IMG/VR virus record: IMGVR_UViG_3300031673_000024
Length of the DNA: 64,000 nt
Direction: 5' to 3' (one strand)
Source of the DNA: an uncultured virus (IMG/VR IMGVR_UViG_3300031673_000024)
Taxonomy: Duplodnaviria > Heunggongvirae > Uroviricota > Caudoviricetes
Notes under the pieces: model-generated
The model's input: the letters and a program-made list of their open reading frames with translations, nothing else
Database searches by the model: none
What the model was told of the DNA's origin: nothing
Translations under genes and position numbers: made by a program
Shown: positions 1 to 10,157 of the stretch, one piece after another
Numbering within the stretch: the stretch's first letter is position 1
How the letters are laid out: each line of letters opens with the position of its first letter

Positions 1-2787
1 TACATGTAGGGCGTTCGTTACTCCCGTCGCACCGACGTTAAAGTCGGCGTCGGCCAGGCTTGCGTTGAACGTGGCACTGCCGTCAGCGGCAAACGCAGAG
101 CCAGTCCATGTGAGTGCTGCGTTACCCGCTAGCGAATCAGCATCGGTGAAATAGGCGATCTGGTTAGCTGCACCCGCACCACCGAGACCAGTCTCCGACG
201 TCTCGAACGCAAACCCGGCGACGATGTCCGTATCCGCTGTCCCGTAAGCGGTAATCGACAGGATTGCCACGGCGTTCGCGGGCATTGCTGTCGGTGCTGG
301 ACCGCCTAAGAATGTCCACCCAGCCGGAAGTGTAAGGGCACGAGGAACGGTATCTCCTACGATCCGCAGCATCACCGAACGACCAGCGGCCCTGTTTGAC
401 GTCGTGAGCGTCATGACGCCTGTCAGCGTGACAGTCTTATTGGGCGGGAGCCCCGGGTGCATGTCAATGTTGACAGAGGCTGCGTAGGACAGCGTGGTGA
501 CGACTTCCTTCGTGACGAGGTGCTCGACAGCACCGTGCGTACCGTCGTTAAGGAAGTAGAACAGCCCGTCAGACTTCGGGTAGAAGGTCCCGGATCCATT
601 GGCGGGCGTAGCCGGTGTCGTGATCTCGGGAACGACGAGGTGGTTGCCGGTACCGCTGATAATGACGGAGGTGGCGTCGAAGCGCATGCGCTTCGTATTG
701 TTGGTGTAGAGGATGAACGGATGGTTGGATTTTGTGCCGTTCGCTCCGGAGATTTCGCCTGTGGGGCTACCCGTCCCCAAGCCGTCTGCGATGTTCTTCA
801 GGACAACGCCGTTGGCTGCCTCCGCGGTCAGCTCTGAAAAACTATGCGCGCTCGCGTTCGTGTTGACGACGCGGATACCGGGATACGTGCCCTCAACACC
901 GGAGTTAGAGCTTTTCTGCACGTGCAACAGATACGACGGTGCTAGTACGCCGATGCCCACCTTGGCGCTGGTTCCGTTGGCAACCAGCAGGTTCGCTTCT
1001 CCCGAACCCGCAACTCGAAAGTTGACTGCCGCGCCTGTGTTGTTGAACGTCGCGGCGCCATCGGCAGCAAACGCAGTGCCCGTCCAAGTCAGTCCAACAT
1101 GACCCTCGATAGTGCCGTCGCCAGTCCAGATACCGATTTGATCGTCGACCGGGGTGCCAACCTTGGTGACGTTGCCTGAGCCTGTGCCGAGGTCAACGAA
1201 CGAGACGGGAGTAGCTGCTGCCGTTCCGGTTTCCCAGATGCCGTCAATGCCCGCTCGCATGATGGCGATCTTGACTTTGTCTACCTGGCCGACACCGGCC
1301 TCAGTCACGAATTGGTTCTGCGTGAAGTCCTCAACCGTGCCGGTGACACCTACGCCTCGAACCTGGATGCGGGTGGGTGTGGTCAGCAGTGCCAGCACCT
1401 CGTACAGACCGTCGTTGCTGGTCGAGCCGCTGACCTGAATGAAGTCGGCGGTCGCGAAGCCGGTGGTCGAGGCGACCTCGATGGTCGGGTTGCTGGTAGC
1501 AGCTACGCCAGCTACGAATCCGCCCGCAGCGACAGCTTCGGTGGCAGTAGCGTCGGGGTCGATGTTGACTACCAAGCCGCCCGTCTGTGCGGGATCAGCC
1601 GTGTACCCGTTGTTCAGGTACAGGTGGTTGTCGGCGATGAGCACGGTCTCCGAGGTAGCCGTGATGCTGGTCCCGGTGACGTTGAGGTTACCGGTGAGCA
1701 CCGTGTCACCAACCACGCTGAACGTAGTGCCGTCGTAGGTGAGCCCCGCTGTACTGCCGAGGGAGTCCACGTCCGAGAAGACAGCTACCTGGTCTGCTGC
1801 TCCGGCGCCCCGTAGGCCCGTCTCAGACGTGTCGAACGAGAACCCCGCTATGATGTCGGTGTCGGCAGTCCCGTAGCTCACGACGGACAGCAGGGCCGTC
1901 TGGTTGGCAGGCATCACCGTAGGGGTGGGTCCACCCAAGAACTTCCAGCCGGCGGGGAAGGTGAGTGACCGCTGTACGGTGTCGCCCACGATGCGGAGTT
2001 GGATACTGCGAGCAGCAGCCCGGTTCGACGTCGTGAAGGTCACGATCCCCGTGAGGGTCAGCGAACGAACGGGCGGGAGGAATGGGTCGAGGTCGAGGTT
2101 GACCGAGGCTGCGTAGGCAAGTGTGCTTACGGTCTTAGGCCAGATGCCACGAAACTGTAGCCCGGTTGCGGATGTCGCGTTACCTGTGGCGATCTCCCAC
2201 TGGCCATCCGTGTCCGTCCTGATCAGGGAGACGCCGACCTTGGTGATGGTCGCGCCGTCTGAGGCACCGGCCACGAACTGGTCGTTCGGGAAATCCTCGA
2301 TCGTGGCTGTGGTACCGACTCCCTTGACGGTCAAGGTGGTGCCGGAGTGCGAATGGACCTCGTACAGCCCGTCGTTGTCTGTGGACCCGCTGATCTGGAT
2401 GAAGTCGTACTGTGCGAATGTTCCCGAACCGGTGGTAACTACTGTCGGATTAGAGGTCGCGGCAACGCCCGCGACGTACACTCCGTTGACCGTGGTGGCG
2501 GTCGTCGTCGGATCCATGTTGACGATGAGGCCGCCCCGACGTGGAGTATCGGAGGTGTATGCGTCGCTGATGTAGAGGTAGTTGTCCGAGAAGTCGGCGC
2601 CACCCCCCGTCCCGGTACCTGCCTCGGTCCAAGCGGTTGACGGTGCTCCGGACTTGATCCACAGCTTACCGTTCGCGGGGTCCAGGGAGATGGACCCCTG
2701 CGGAGCAACGGTGCCATCGGACGGATCGCCGTCAACCTCAAGGATCACGACGCCGTTTAGGCTATGTCTGCCGATTACGTTCGCCAT
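1..2787 (-). CDS. Large modular tail-fibre/virion protein, 3'-truncated by window edge (>929 aa; absent from ORF track)
   Basis: ATG at 2787 (MANVIGRHSLNGVVILEVDGDPS...), frame open to base 1. G/T/A/V-rich with internal duplicated modules and KVGIG-type fibre motifs; N-terminus paralogous to 2804..3400. Confidence 0.8.
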   Translation of the reverse strand, partial: MANVIGRHSLNGVVILEVDGDPSDGTVAPQGSISLDPANGKLWIKSGAPSTAWTEAGTGTGGGADFSDNYLYISDAYTSDTPRRGGLIVNMDPTTTATTVNGVYVAGVAATSNPTVVTTGSGTFAQYDFIQISGSTDNDGLYEVHSHSGTTLTVKGVGTTATIEDFPNDQFVAGASDGATITKVGVSLIRTDTDGQWEIATGNATSATGLQFRGIWPKTVSTLAYAASVNLDLDPFLPPVRSLTLTGIVTFTTSNRAAARSIQLRIVGDTVQRSLTFPAGWKFLGGPTPTVMPANQTALLSVVSYGTADTDIIAGFSFDTSETGLRGAGAADQVAVFSDVDSLGSTAGLTYDGTTFSVVGDTVLTGNLNVTGTSITATSETVLIADNHLYLNNGYTADPAQTGGLVVNIDPDATATEAVAAGGFVAGVAATSNPTIEVASTTGFATADFIQVSGSTSNDGLYEVLALLTTPTRIQVRGVGVTGTVEDFTQNQFVTEAGVGQVDKVKIAIMRAGIDGIWETGTAAATPVSFVDLGTGSGNVTKVGTPVDDQIGIWTGDGTIEGHVGLTWTGTAFAADGAATFNNTGAAVNFRVAGSGEANLLVANGTSAKVGIGVLAPSYLLHVQKSSNSGVEGTYPGIRVVNTNASAHSFSELTAEAANGVVLKNIADGLGTGSPTGEISGANGTKSNHPFILYTNNTKRMRFDATSVIISGTGNHLVVPEITTPATPANGSGTFYPKSDGLFYFLNDGTHGAVEHLVTKEVVTTLSYAASVNIDMHPGLPPNKTVTLTGVMTLTTSNRAAGRSVMLRIVGDTVPRALTLPAGWTFLGGPAPTAMPANAVAILSITAYGTADTDIVAGFAFETSETGLGGAGAANQIAYFTDADSLAGNAALTWTGSAFAADGSATFNASLADADFNVGATGVTNALHV

Positions 2788-2803
2788 GTTGTCCTAACGA
2801 GAG

Positions 2804-3400
2804 CTATACGGGCGGAGCTTGGGGTACGGCCTGCCAGCGCAGGGTGCATGTCCAGTTGAAGTCCTCAGAGGCAATTCCAGTTACCTCTAGGATGACCGTA
2901 GTGGACCCGCTAACGTCGAAGTTTACGGCTAGGCCACCTCCGCCCGCGCTCTCAAAATTGTACGGTGTCGCCTCGTTCTCGATAGTCACACCAAAGCCCG
3001 TGGCTTTGTAGGCCGAAGCTATGATCTTGTAGCAGGCGAACTCTGTGGTAGCGGCCACAGAGCCTGCTGCGATGACGTCAGCCTCGAACATATAGGCCGT
3101 GTCGTCCGCAATGCCCGTAACGGATACCAACGTAGTTGGAGTTGCGTTGCTCGTAAGGATGGCTCCGGTCTTTTGGTACCTGTCGCTGCCAGCGAAGCCG
3201 CTGTGCGACTTGAACGGCAAGGCCGACGAGGTGACCCACGCGGTGTCGCCGGCCGCCGTCTTGACCCAGGTGCGCCCAAGGGAGGGGGCCGAGGCGATCG
3301 TGCCGATAGGGGCAACCGTACCAGACGAGAGGGACGGGTCATCGTCTACCTCTATGATCTGAATGCCACTAAGGCTCTGCCTTCCAAGTACGTTCGCCAC
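2804..3400 (-). CDS. Short virion/fibre-associated protein (chimera of neighbours' N- and C-terminal modules)
   Basis: N-terminus MANVLGRQSLSG..EVDDDPS matches the gene ending at the window edge; C-terminal domain (FEADVIA...NWTCTLRWQ) matches the end of 3416..6214 (FEATIIG...NWACTLRYQ). Confidence 0.65.
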   Translation of the reverse strand: MANVLGRQSLSGIQIIEVDDDPSLSSGTVAPIGTIASAPSLGRTWVKTAAGDTAWVTSSALPFKSHSGFAGSDRYQKTGAILTSNATPTTLVSVTGIADDTAYMFEADVIAAGSVAATTEFACYKIIASAYKATGFGVTIENEATPYNFESAGGGGLAVNFDVSGSTTVILEVTGIASEDFNWTCTLRWQAVPQAPPV

Positions 3401-3415
3401 AGCGACCCCAATTCA

Positions 3416-6214
3416 TCAGGTGTTACCTGAAACACCCTGATACCGAAGGGTGCATGCCCAGTTGATGGTGGTAGCAACGGCACCCGTCACGCGAACGCGA
3501 ACATCGTTGGTCGACACATCCAACGTCGCGTCCCAGGCGGCGTTGGTTTCGTCCGTGACGATCGTCTGTAGAGCGCCTAGCGTCGCTGAGCCCGCGCTTT
3601 GCCGGTACGCCAGCGTGGAGCGGATGTAGAACGCACGGTCGGTGCCGGACGTATCTCGTCCGATGATGGTGGCCTCGAACCAGTAGACCGTGTTGTCGGC
3701 AAGCGTGAAGCTCGCCACAGTCGTAACCGTGGCGTCCGTGGTCTGGACCGCATTCGTCGTCTGGACCTGACCGGAACCAGCAAAGGCTGCATGAGCCTTG
3801 TGCTTGATGTCGCCGGTCTCCACATGGAGCTTTGCAGTGACCGATGCGGGGGCTACCCCGATCCCGACCGCGCCTACGCCTGTCAGGGCACCCGCGTCCA
3901 CTACCAAGGTGTTGGCGTCGCCGTCGCCACTAACCACGAAGTCAGCGTCGATCCCAGCCGCGTTTACGACAATGCCGCCGGCAGCATTGATCGAAAGCAG
4001 CCCCGCCGCTGTACCCCAGGTAGCCGCAGCCGCCGAGGTCAGCGTCAGAGCGCCTGAGGACGTGGTCAGCGCGCTCGCGGCATTGCCCGTGAGGGACAAG
4101 GCGCCTGTCGTCTGTGTGATGCCACCTACGACGTGGAGCTTGGCTGTGGGCGCCGCAATGCCGATACCGACCGCACCTACGTTGGTGAGTGCGCTGGCGT
4201 CCACGACCAGGACGTTGGCATCCGCCATACCTTCAACGCGGAAGTCCACGTTGGCGGCGGTGTCATTGAAGATGGCTGCGGAGTTGACGGTCAGTAGCCC
4301 GGTGCTTGCTCCATCGTACAGGAACTTCGTGTCGCCTTCGAGCGTACCGTCACCTGTCCAGACAGCGATCTGGTTATCGACCGGTGTCCCGACCTTAGTG
4401 ACGTTGCCACCGTTCGTGAGCGGGTACTCGACGCCGAGATCGTTCTTGAAGTAGAGCAGGTTGTCGGTTTTGGCGTAGACGACACCGTAGTTGGCTGCTG
4501 GCGTATCCGGAGCCGCGACCTCGGCGAGACGCACGCGATCGACAGTCGCCTCGACCATCTTGCCCGCTGCCAGTCCCTCGTTGTAAGTTGCGCCTGTGCC
4601 GAACTGTCCTTCCAGGCTTCCAGCGCCCCATGAGTGATTGACAAAGCCGATTCGTAGGTCTGCCGTACTGCCTGAGAGGGTCGCCGCGCTGGGGTCGTCA
4701 TCAGAGTATAGAATCGAGCCAGTGTCGACCATGATGCCATAGGATCCTGTTGCAGTACCCGTGACGTCGATAGTGGTCCACAACGACAATGTGGAACCCT
4801 GCTCAGCCCAGACGCCGAAGTTGCCACCGTTAGCAGCCAACTTCCATACCTCCGCTCTAGTGTTGGTTAGTTGAATGGATCTGCAATCAAGGAACATGTC
4901 GATGAGAGTAGAGTCGGTTACCTGAATTGTCGCGTTGACGTGGTGTAGGCCGTACACAAAAGTGCGGGCGCTGTTAATGAGCAGTGTCAGGACACCGGTC
5001 GATAGTACGTTTACGAGGGTTGAGCCGACCGTCATGTGAACGCCACCACCAACAGCAATCTGAGCAATTCCGTTTATGCCAACACTCCCGCCGGCTGCCA
5101 GGGAAGCGCAGGACGTGTAGATGCACCGCTGGAGGATGGCCCTATAGTCATCTCCTACGTCGACATTTGTGATAGGCGTAGTGCCGGAAGTGAACTCAAA
5201 CCCCTGGACGATAAGGTTCGACCCGAGGTTCAAGATGCATGGCGTGCGGTCGTAACCTCCTACCGCAGTCGTTCCGGTCCACGTAGCGCCTGGCTGGAGG
5301 ATGGAGAAGGCTACCGCTGTCCCCCAGTCGTACGACGTCCAGTTACCCGGGTCGGCTGACACCACGGTCAGGTCGCCTGTACCGTTGGTGATGATGGGCA
5401 AGCACTCGTAGACCTCGTCCTTTGCCTCCGCAGACCCAGCATCCGGATAGGCAAAGGCGTTGTTCGCGTAGGCCGAGGCCGTGATCGGGCCGCCTGAAAA
5501 GGTGAAGTTGACCTCGGTCGCTGTTCCTGCCGTCTGCGCGAAAGCGCCTGTTGTGGTCAGGCCAGTTTCAGCCACTACCTCTGTCGTTTGGATGCGCAGG
5601 ATTCCTTCACCTTGGTGTGGCGGAACAATCACGTTCTCCGTGACGTTGCCCACGACGTGGATAACACGCTCTTCATTACCCGGCCAAAACGGCGGGTTAG
5701 AAGGGTGCGTGAACATGAGGATGGCGCGTTGAACCGTCGCGAGTGGGGTGCCCACCGTCAAGCCGTCGTTGTCGTCGTCGCCCGTGCTCGTGTTGACGTA
5801 CAGGTCCAAGACGGAGATGTCGACACTTGGCAGTAGCGCCCCACCAACAGGCGAGAATGTCAGGGCAGTCGTCCCCACCAACACCGGGTCTGGCGTATCC
5901 AGTTGGAACAGCACAGGGCCGTTCGCATTGCCCTCGCTTACGAAGACCAAATCGCCCGTGCGGGCCTCTGCGTCCTGGTCAAAGTCCCCCACACGAACCC
6001 AAGAGCCGTCCGCACCCGTGCCAAGCGTCGCGACGCGGTAGATGCCATTCTGTGAGCCCGTGGACTGCTCCTTGACGAGAACGCGGTCCTCAGCAGCAAG
6101 GGTCACACCGTCCACAGTATCAGGAGCACCGGCCGCCAAGTCGGCGACGTTCGCCGTCGTGGCCGCCCGCACTGCGGGCTTGAGTCGTTGTGTTCCTGCT
6201 GGTGAAAATGCCAT
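3416..6214 (-). CDS. Tail fibre/tailspike-like protein (932 aa)
   Basis: N-terminal VRAATTAN...TVDGV...DRVLVK.Q...QNGIY fibre domain; LYVNTSTGDDDNDG...PLATVQRA start of a beta-helix-like region; VGIG...AKLHV repeats. Confidence 0.8.
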   Translation of the reverse strand: MAFSPAGTQRLKPAVRAATTANVADLAAGAPDTVDGVTLAAEDRVLVKEQSTGSQNGIYRVATLGTGADGSWVRVGDFDQDAEARTGDLVFVSEGNANGPVLFQLDTPDPVLVGTTALTFSPVGGALLPSVDISVLDLYVNTSTGDDDNDGLTVGTPLATVQRAILMFTHPSNPPFWPGNEERVIHVVGNVTENVIVPPHQGEGILRIQTTEVVAETGLTTTGAFAQTAGTATEVNFTFSGGPITASAYANNAFAYPDAGSAEAKDEVYECLPIITNGTGDLTVVSADPGNWTSYDWGTAVAFSILQPGATWTGTTAVGGYDRTPCILNLGSNLIVQGFEFTSGTTPITNVDVGDDYRAILQRCIYTSCASLAAGGSVGINGIAQIAVGGGVHMTVGSTLVNVLSTGVLTLLINSARTFVYGLHHVNATIQVTDSTLIDMFLDCRSIQLTNTRAEVWKLAANGGNFGVWAEQGSTLSLWTTIDVTGTATGSYGIMVDTGSILYSDDDPSAATLSGSTADLRIGFVNHSWGAGSLEGQFGTGATYNEGLAAGKMVEATVDRVRLAEVAAPDTPAANYGVVYAKTDNLLYFKNDLGVEYPLTNGGNVTKVGTPVDNQIAVWTGDGTLEGDTKFLYDGASTGLLTVNSAAIFNDTAANVDFRVEGMADANVLVVDASALTNVGAVGIGIAAPTAKLHVVGGITQTTGALSLTGNAASALTTSSGALTLTSAAAATWGTAAGLLSINAAGGIVVNAAGIDADFVVSGDGDANTLVVDAGALTGVGAVGIGVAPASVTAKLHVETGDIKHKAHAAFAGSGQVQTTNAVQTTDATVTTVASFTLADNTVYWFEATIIGRDTSGTDRAFYIRSTLAYRQSAGSATLGALQTIVTDETNAAWDATLDVSTNDVRVRVTGAVATTINWACTLRYQGVSGNT

Positions 6215-6280
6215 TGCCTGTTCCTTAGTCTCAGATTCTAAGGCCCTGAGCAGCCATTTCAGCGGGCGCCGGTTACTGCG

Positions 6281-8878
6281 CTAGAACATGAACCAGTTTG
6301 TGCCGTCACTCACGAAGCTGATCGCCTCGTACTGTGAACCGAGGACCTGCGAAGTCGCCCCATCTATAGTGTCCGCTCCTGAGCGTGCGATCGTGACGTC
6401 ATTGGACGACGAGTCTGTCTTCTTGACGCGGTATTCTCGGCCCGAGGCAGCCGAAGCCAAAGGTAGCGTCAAGGTGAAGGCACCTCCGCTAGCGTTACCG
6501 AGGATGATGTGGTGCGTGGCGTCGAGGTTGGTGTTCGCCGCCAACGCCGTCACCTGCGTCGCGACTGAACCACCTACGTCGAGTGTTGACGTAGGGGTTG
6601 CTACATCGATGCCTAGGAAGTTGTTCGTGTTGTCCCAGAAGAACTGGGCATCACTCGTGAGAATCGTTCCGCCGTTCCAGAACGCCACACGGTTGATGGC
6701 CCCAGATCCGGTGACGCCTGAGATAGCAGAGAGAAGGTCCTGGTACGCGCTACCGTTCTCGCTGATCCTGGTCTTGTTCGTCCCGGAGTCGAAGTACAGA
6801 CGTACCTCGCCCACCGGAGAGATGGCTGGCGCGCTGATGGCCCGCACGCTCAGCGCCCCTGTCATGTCAATCGCCGTGTTCGGCGATGCGCCCACCGCGA
6901 TACCGAGGCGGTTGTTCGTGGAATCCCAGACGAAGTCTGAATCCGAGGACAGCGTGGAGGCTGCTGTCCAGAACGCAAGACGACCGGCGACGCCGGTACC
7001 ACCAACGGTACCTACCGAAAGCAGGTCCTGGTATGCACCGCCGTGCTCGCTGATCCGCCACTTGTTGGTTCCGGAATCGAAGTACAGACGACCCTGGCCG
7101 GCAACACTCACCGCAGGGGCAGTCATCCCACGGATGCTGAAAGCTCCTGCAAGGTCAAAGCGGGTGTTAGGGCTAGCGGTACCAAGCCCCAGGAACCCAT
7201 TGCCCTTGAGGCGCATGTTCTCGACGACAGTAGCCGCCGTATTGAACATGTCCCGCCAGACAAAGTCCATCGTGTTGCCGGTACCGTCGAACTCCATGCC
7301 ATAGCGCCCGATGACCAACGCACCGGAGTTGGAGGTCCACTTGAACAAGTGGCGCTCACCCGAGGTGAAGGCATCTGTGCGGAACTCAGCAAGGTCGTTG
7401 TTGCCAACCCCCACGCTGCTCTTTGTGAGAAGCAGGTTTGGGGTCGCGGTGTCGTCTCGGATCTCGACCTTACCAGCCGGGGCGGCGACGCCGAAGCCAA
7501 CACGATCGGTGCTTGCATCCGCGTGGATGAGGTCGGTGTCAGTGTCGCCCAGGACCACGAAGTCCGCATCCGCCCCGGTCGGGTTGACCGTTACCAGGCC
7601 CGCCGATGCTACGGTGATGCGTGCGACGTTGTTCGACCGGACGTTGAAGGCTGAGGAAGACGTAGTTCCTACGTAGCTGCCCCCCGCGTTGCCCACTTCG
7701 AGAAGCACGACATCGGTCGCGTTGTCGAGGCGCACGCCCTTGGTACCATCGACAGCAGCCGCTGCTTCCAGTAGGTGGAGACGGGACAGAGGTGCCCCGA
7801 TGCCGATGCCGATGCGGTTGACATCGGCGTCCGTGACGAAGAGGTTAGGCTCGGTCTGCCCCTCGATCCGAACGTTTACGTCAGCAGCGTCCTCATTGAT
7901 GATGACAGAGCCGCGCACGTCGAGCAGGGCGCCCGGTGTCGTGATCCCGGACCCGATGCCTACCTGCCCAGCACGATCGATGGCGAGCACATTGACGGGC
8001 GTCGTGAGTGCGTCCACGTCCGTGACGAGACGGAGAGCATTGGCGTTGACCGCCGAGTCGAACACGAACGCCCAGTTCTTCTGGTCGGCGCCGGCACCAC
8101 TGTTGCGCATCCGCACAGTCAGCGTGGTACCCGTTCCCGAGACGATCTCCTCGGTTGGTCCCGTCAGCACAACCCCAGTCGAGGTCGCGACTACTCGGTC
8201 TGTGCCGTCGGTAGCGAGGCGAACATCACCACCACCACCAGACCAAACACCCGTATTCAAATCTCCGACAAAGGAGAAGCTGGGGGCGGTGACAAGACCC
8301 TGAGGAACGGCTACCTGACCCGCCGCGACCTCAATCGACGTGGCTGGGGTTGGCGTACCGATACCCAGGAAGTTGCTAGCAGCATCCCAGAACAGATCGC
8401 CTTCCCCAGTGAGGACAGACGAGCTACTCCAAAACGCAACCTGACCCGCAGTGCCCGTGCCCGATGAGGTCAAGAGGTCTGTGTAAGGACCACCGTTCTC
8501 GGAAATTCGGAACTTGTTGCCGGTAGAATCGAAGTATATGCGCCCCGTGCCTCCTGGAGAGAGCGCAGGTACCGCCATACCCTGTACGGTGAAGGCGCCG
8601 CCGAGATCGAAAAGAGACGAGGGGGCGGCGACGCCGAAGCCGATGAAGTTGGCACTAGCGTCGAGGAACAGCAGGTGCGTTTCCCCCGTGCCCTCAGCGC
8701 GCAGGTCGGTGTTGAGAGCGCCCTCATTGACGACGATCTCAAAGCCAGCCTCGGCGGCGATGGCGAGGTTCTGCCCAGACGTGCTGGCGATCCCCGAACC
8801 CACCTCGGCGAAGCCTGCGTTAGCAACGCGGCGAACGCCTGTGGGTCCTACTTGAAGGATCTTGTCTGTGCCAGCCAT
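6281..8878 (-). CDS. Tail fibre-like protein with internal repeats (865 aa)
   Basis: Repeated WD..NN.LGIG and R.YFDS..NK.RISE.G..Y.DL units (x3); C-terminal FTLTLP.AS...Y.VKK.D...TIDG...VSDG.NW fibre/baseplate-type domain. Confidence 0.8.
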   Translation of the reverse strand: MAGTDKILQVGPTGVRRVANAGFAEVGSGIASTSGQNLAIAAEAGFEIVVNEGALNTDLRAEGTGETHLLFLDASANFIGFGVAAPSSLFDLGGAFTVQGMAVPALSPGGTGRIYFDSTGNKFRISENGGPYTDLLTSSGTGTAGQVAFWSSSSVLTGEGDLFWDAASNFLGIGTPTPATSIEVAAGQVAVPQGLVTAPSFSFVGDLNTGVWSGGGGDVRLATDGTDRVVATSTGVVLTGPTEEIVSGTGTTLTVRMRNSGAGADQKNWAFVFDSAVNANALRLVTDVDALTTPVNVLAIDRAGQVGIGSGITTPGALLDVRGSVIINEDAADVNVRIEGQTEPNLFVTDADVNRIGIGIGAPLSRLHLLEAAAAVDGTKGVRLDNATDVVLLEVGNAGGSYVGTTSSSAFNVRSNNVARITVASAGLVTVNPTGADADFVVLGDTDTDLIHADASTDRVGFGVAAPAGKVEIRDDTATPNLLLTKSSVGVGNNDLAEFRTDAFTSGERHLFKWTSNSGALVIGRYGMEFDGTGNTMDFVWRDMFNTAATVVENMRLKGNGFLGLGTASPNTRFDLAGAFSIRGMTAPAVSVAGQGRLYFDSGTNKWRISEHGGAYQDLLSVGTVGGTGVAGRLAFWTAASTLSSDSDFVWDSTNNRLGIAVGASPNTAIDMTGALSVRAISAPAISPVGEVRLYFDSGTNKTRISENGSAYQDLLSAISGVTGSGAINRVAFWNGGTILTSDAQFFWDNTNNFLGIDVATPTSTLDVGGSVATQVTALAANTNLDATHHIILGNASGGAFTLTLPLASAASGREYRVKKTDSSSNDVTIARSGADTIDGATSQVLGSQYEAISFVSDGTNWFMF

Positions 8879-8885
8879 CTACGCC

Positions 8886-9212
8886 TCACTTGCGCGGTGC
8901 GAACCGCATCTTGTCGAACTCGAAGACCCACTTGCCCGTACGGAGGTCGACGTCATGCTTCCGAGCAAGCGTCTCAAGAACGCCGCTCAGGGAGTTGCGG
9001 TTCTCTGTGATCGTCTGAAGACAGGCTTGCTCGTCGAGCTTGAACTGTTCGAGGGTTCTTCCCAGGATCTGCTGCGCAGAAAGCACGGCGTTGTTGGCCG
9101 CGTGGAGGGTCGCTGCATCGTCTTGACTGATCTCGCGGATTGCCTGATCAGGCTCCACCGCAGCGGAATCAGCAAGAACCTTGGTATCAATAGTGTCTGT
9201 CTTCTTGACCAT
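8886..9212 (-). CDS. Small coiled-coil protein in fibre operon (possible fibre chaperone)
   Basis: 108 aa helical ORF with GGAG RBS, packed tightly between fibre genes; function inferred from position only. Confidence 0.45.
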   Translation of the reverse strand: MVKKTDTIDTKVLADSAAVEPDQAIREISQDDAATLHAANNAVLSAQQILGRTLEQFKLDEQACLQTITENRNSLSGVLETLARKHDVDLRTGKWVFEFDKMRFAPRK

Positions 9213-9233
9213 CTGGTAGCTCCTTCCCCGGGG

Positions 9234-10097
9234 TTACAACTGAATCGGGGACTGGGGATTCAGTAGCACAATGCAAGTCTTGAGTCCCGCATAGTTGGTA
9301 TTGTCAAGGCATACGCCCGCAACTGTGGCGTAACCAGAGGAAGGTTGCACACCTGTCAGCTTCCCAGCACCTGCGCCACCGTCGTCGGCGTTGGCTGCCA
9401 AGTAGACCTCCAAACCGGGCGTCGGGGTTCCTCCAGCCGTGGTGAACTTGGCACTCGCTAGGCGTCCAGAGATCAGAACGCTGCCCGAAGTACCGGCGAA
9501 GGCTCCCGCCAGCGTCGCCTGCTGACGAGAACCATCGCTACGCGCCTTCAGCCAGGTGCTGTTGGCCGACACGTAGCAGAGGTCACCGTCGGTAAGCCCT
9601 GCCGTCGTCTGCCCCGTGATCGTGTCTCCATCGCCACCAGCACCACCAGCAACAATCTGGTACGTAGGCAACGTCCCCGGACCATTGGACGTGATGACGT
9701 AACCCGACGTACCCGCCGGGAACACGACCCAAGAAAGACCATTCCAGACGAGCAGGTCACCAAGCGTCGGGGAGTTGGGCGCCACGATGTACGCGACATC
9801 AGGGCTGGTTACGCTTCCCTGGATGAGGATGTTCTGCGACGAGGGGATTGTGATCCACCCGTTGTCTACTGCATCCAGCAGCGTCGGAGAGTTTACCCAC
9901 CAAGTGTTGACTGCATAGTCAAGCAGATTGATGATCTGGCGGGAGTCGAACGTGACCCGAACCAGGTCCAACGCACCAGGGCCGCGTGCCGTGATGGTCA
10001 ACTCGCCCGTCGTGGCGTTTTTCACGAGGACAGAGGTCACGCCCGGCGTGTTTAGCTGGGCGAGGATCTGGGCTCGGGATCGGTCTTGGGTCGCCAT
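9234..10097 (-). CDS. Virion structural protein, fibre-type modules
   Basis: AGGAG RBS; GDLLVWNG..W and GT.G.V.TSNG.G..P fibre motifs; N-terminal domain paralogous to 10158..10991. Confidence 0.6.
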   Translation of the reverse strand: MATQDRSRAQILAQLNTPGVTSVLVKNATTGELTITARGPGALDLVRVTFDSRQIINLLDYAVNTWWVNSPTLLDAVDNGWITIPSSQNILIQGSVTSPDVAYIVAPNSPTLGDLLVWNGLSWVVFPAGTSGYVITSNGPGTLPTYQIVAGGAGGDGDTITGQTTAGLTDGDLCYVSANSTWLKARSDGSRQQATLAGAFAGTSGSVLISGRLASAKFTTAGGTPTPGLEVYLAANADDGGAGAGKLTGVQPSSGYATVAGVCLDNTNYAGLKTCIVLLNPQSPIQL

Positions 10098-10157
10098 CGC
10101 GCGCTCTCCTACAGGACAGTGTGCGCGTCAGTCATGCGCGACACGGAGACACCACGG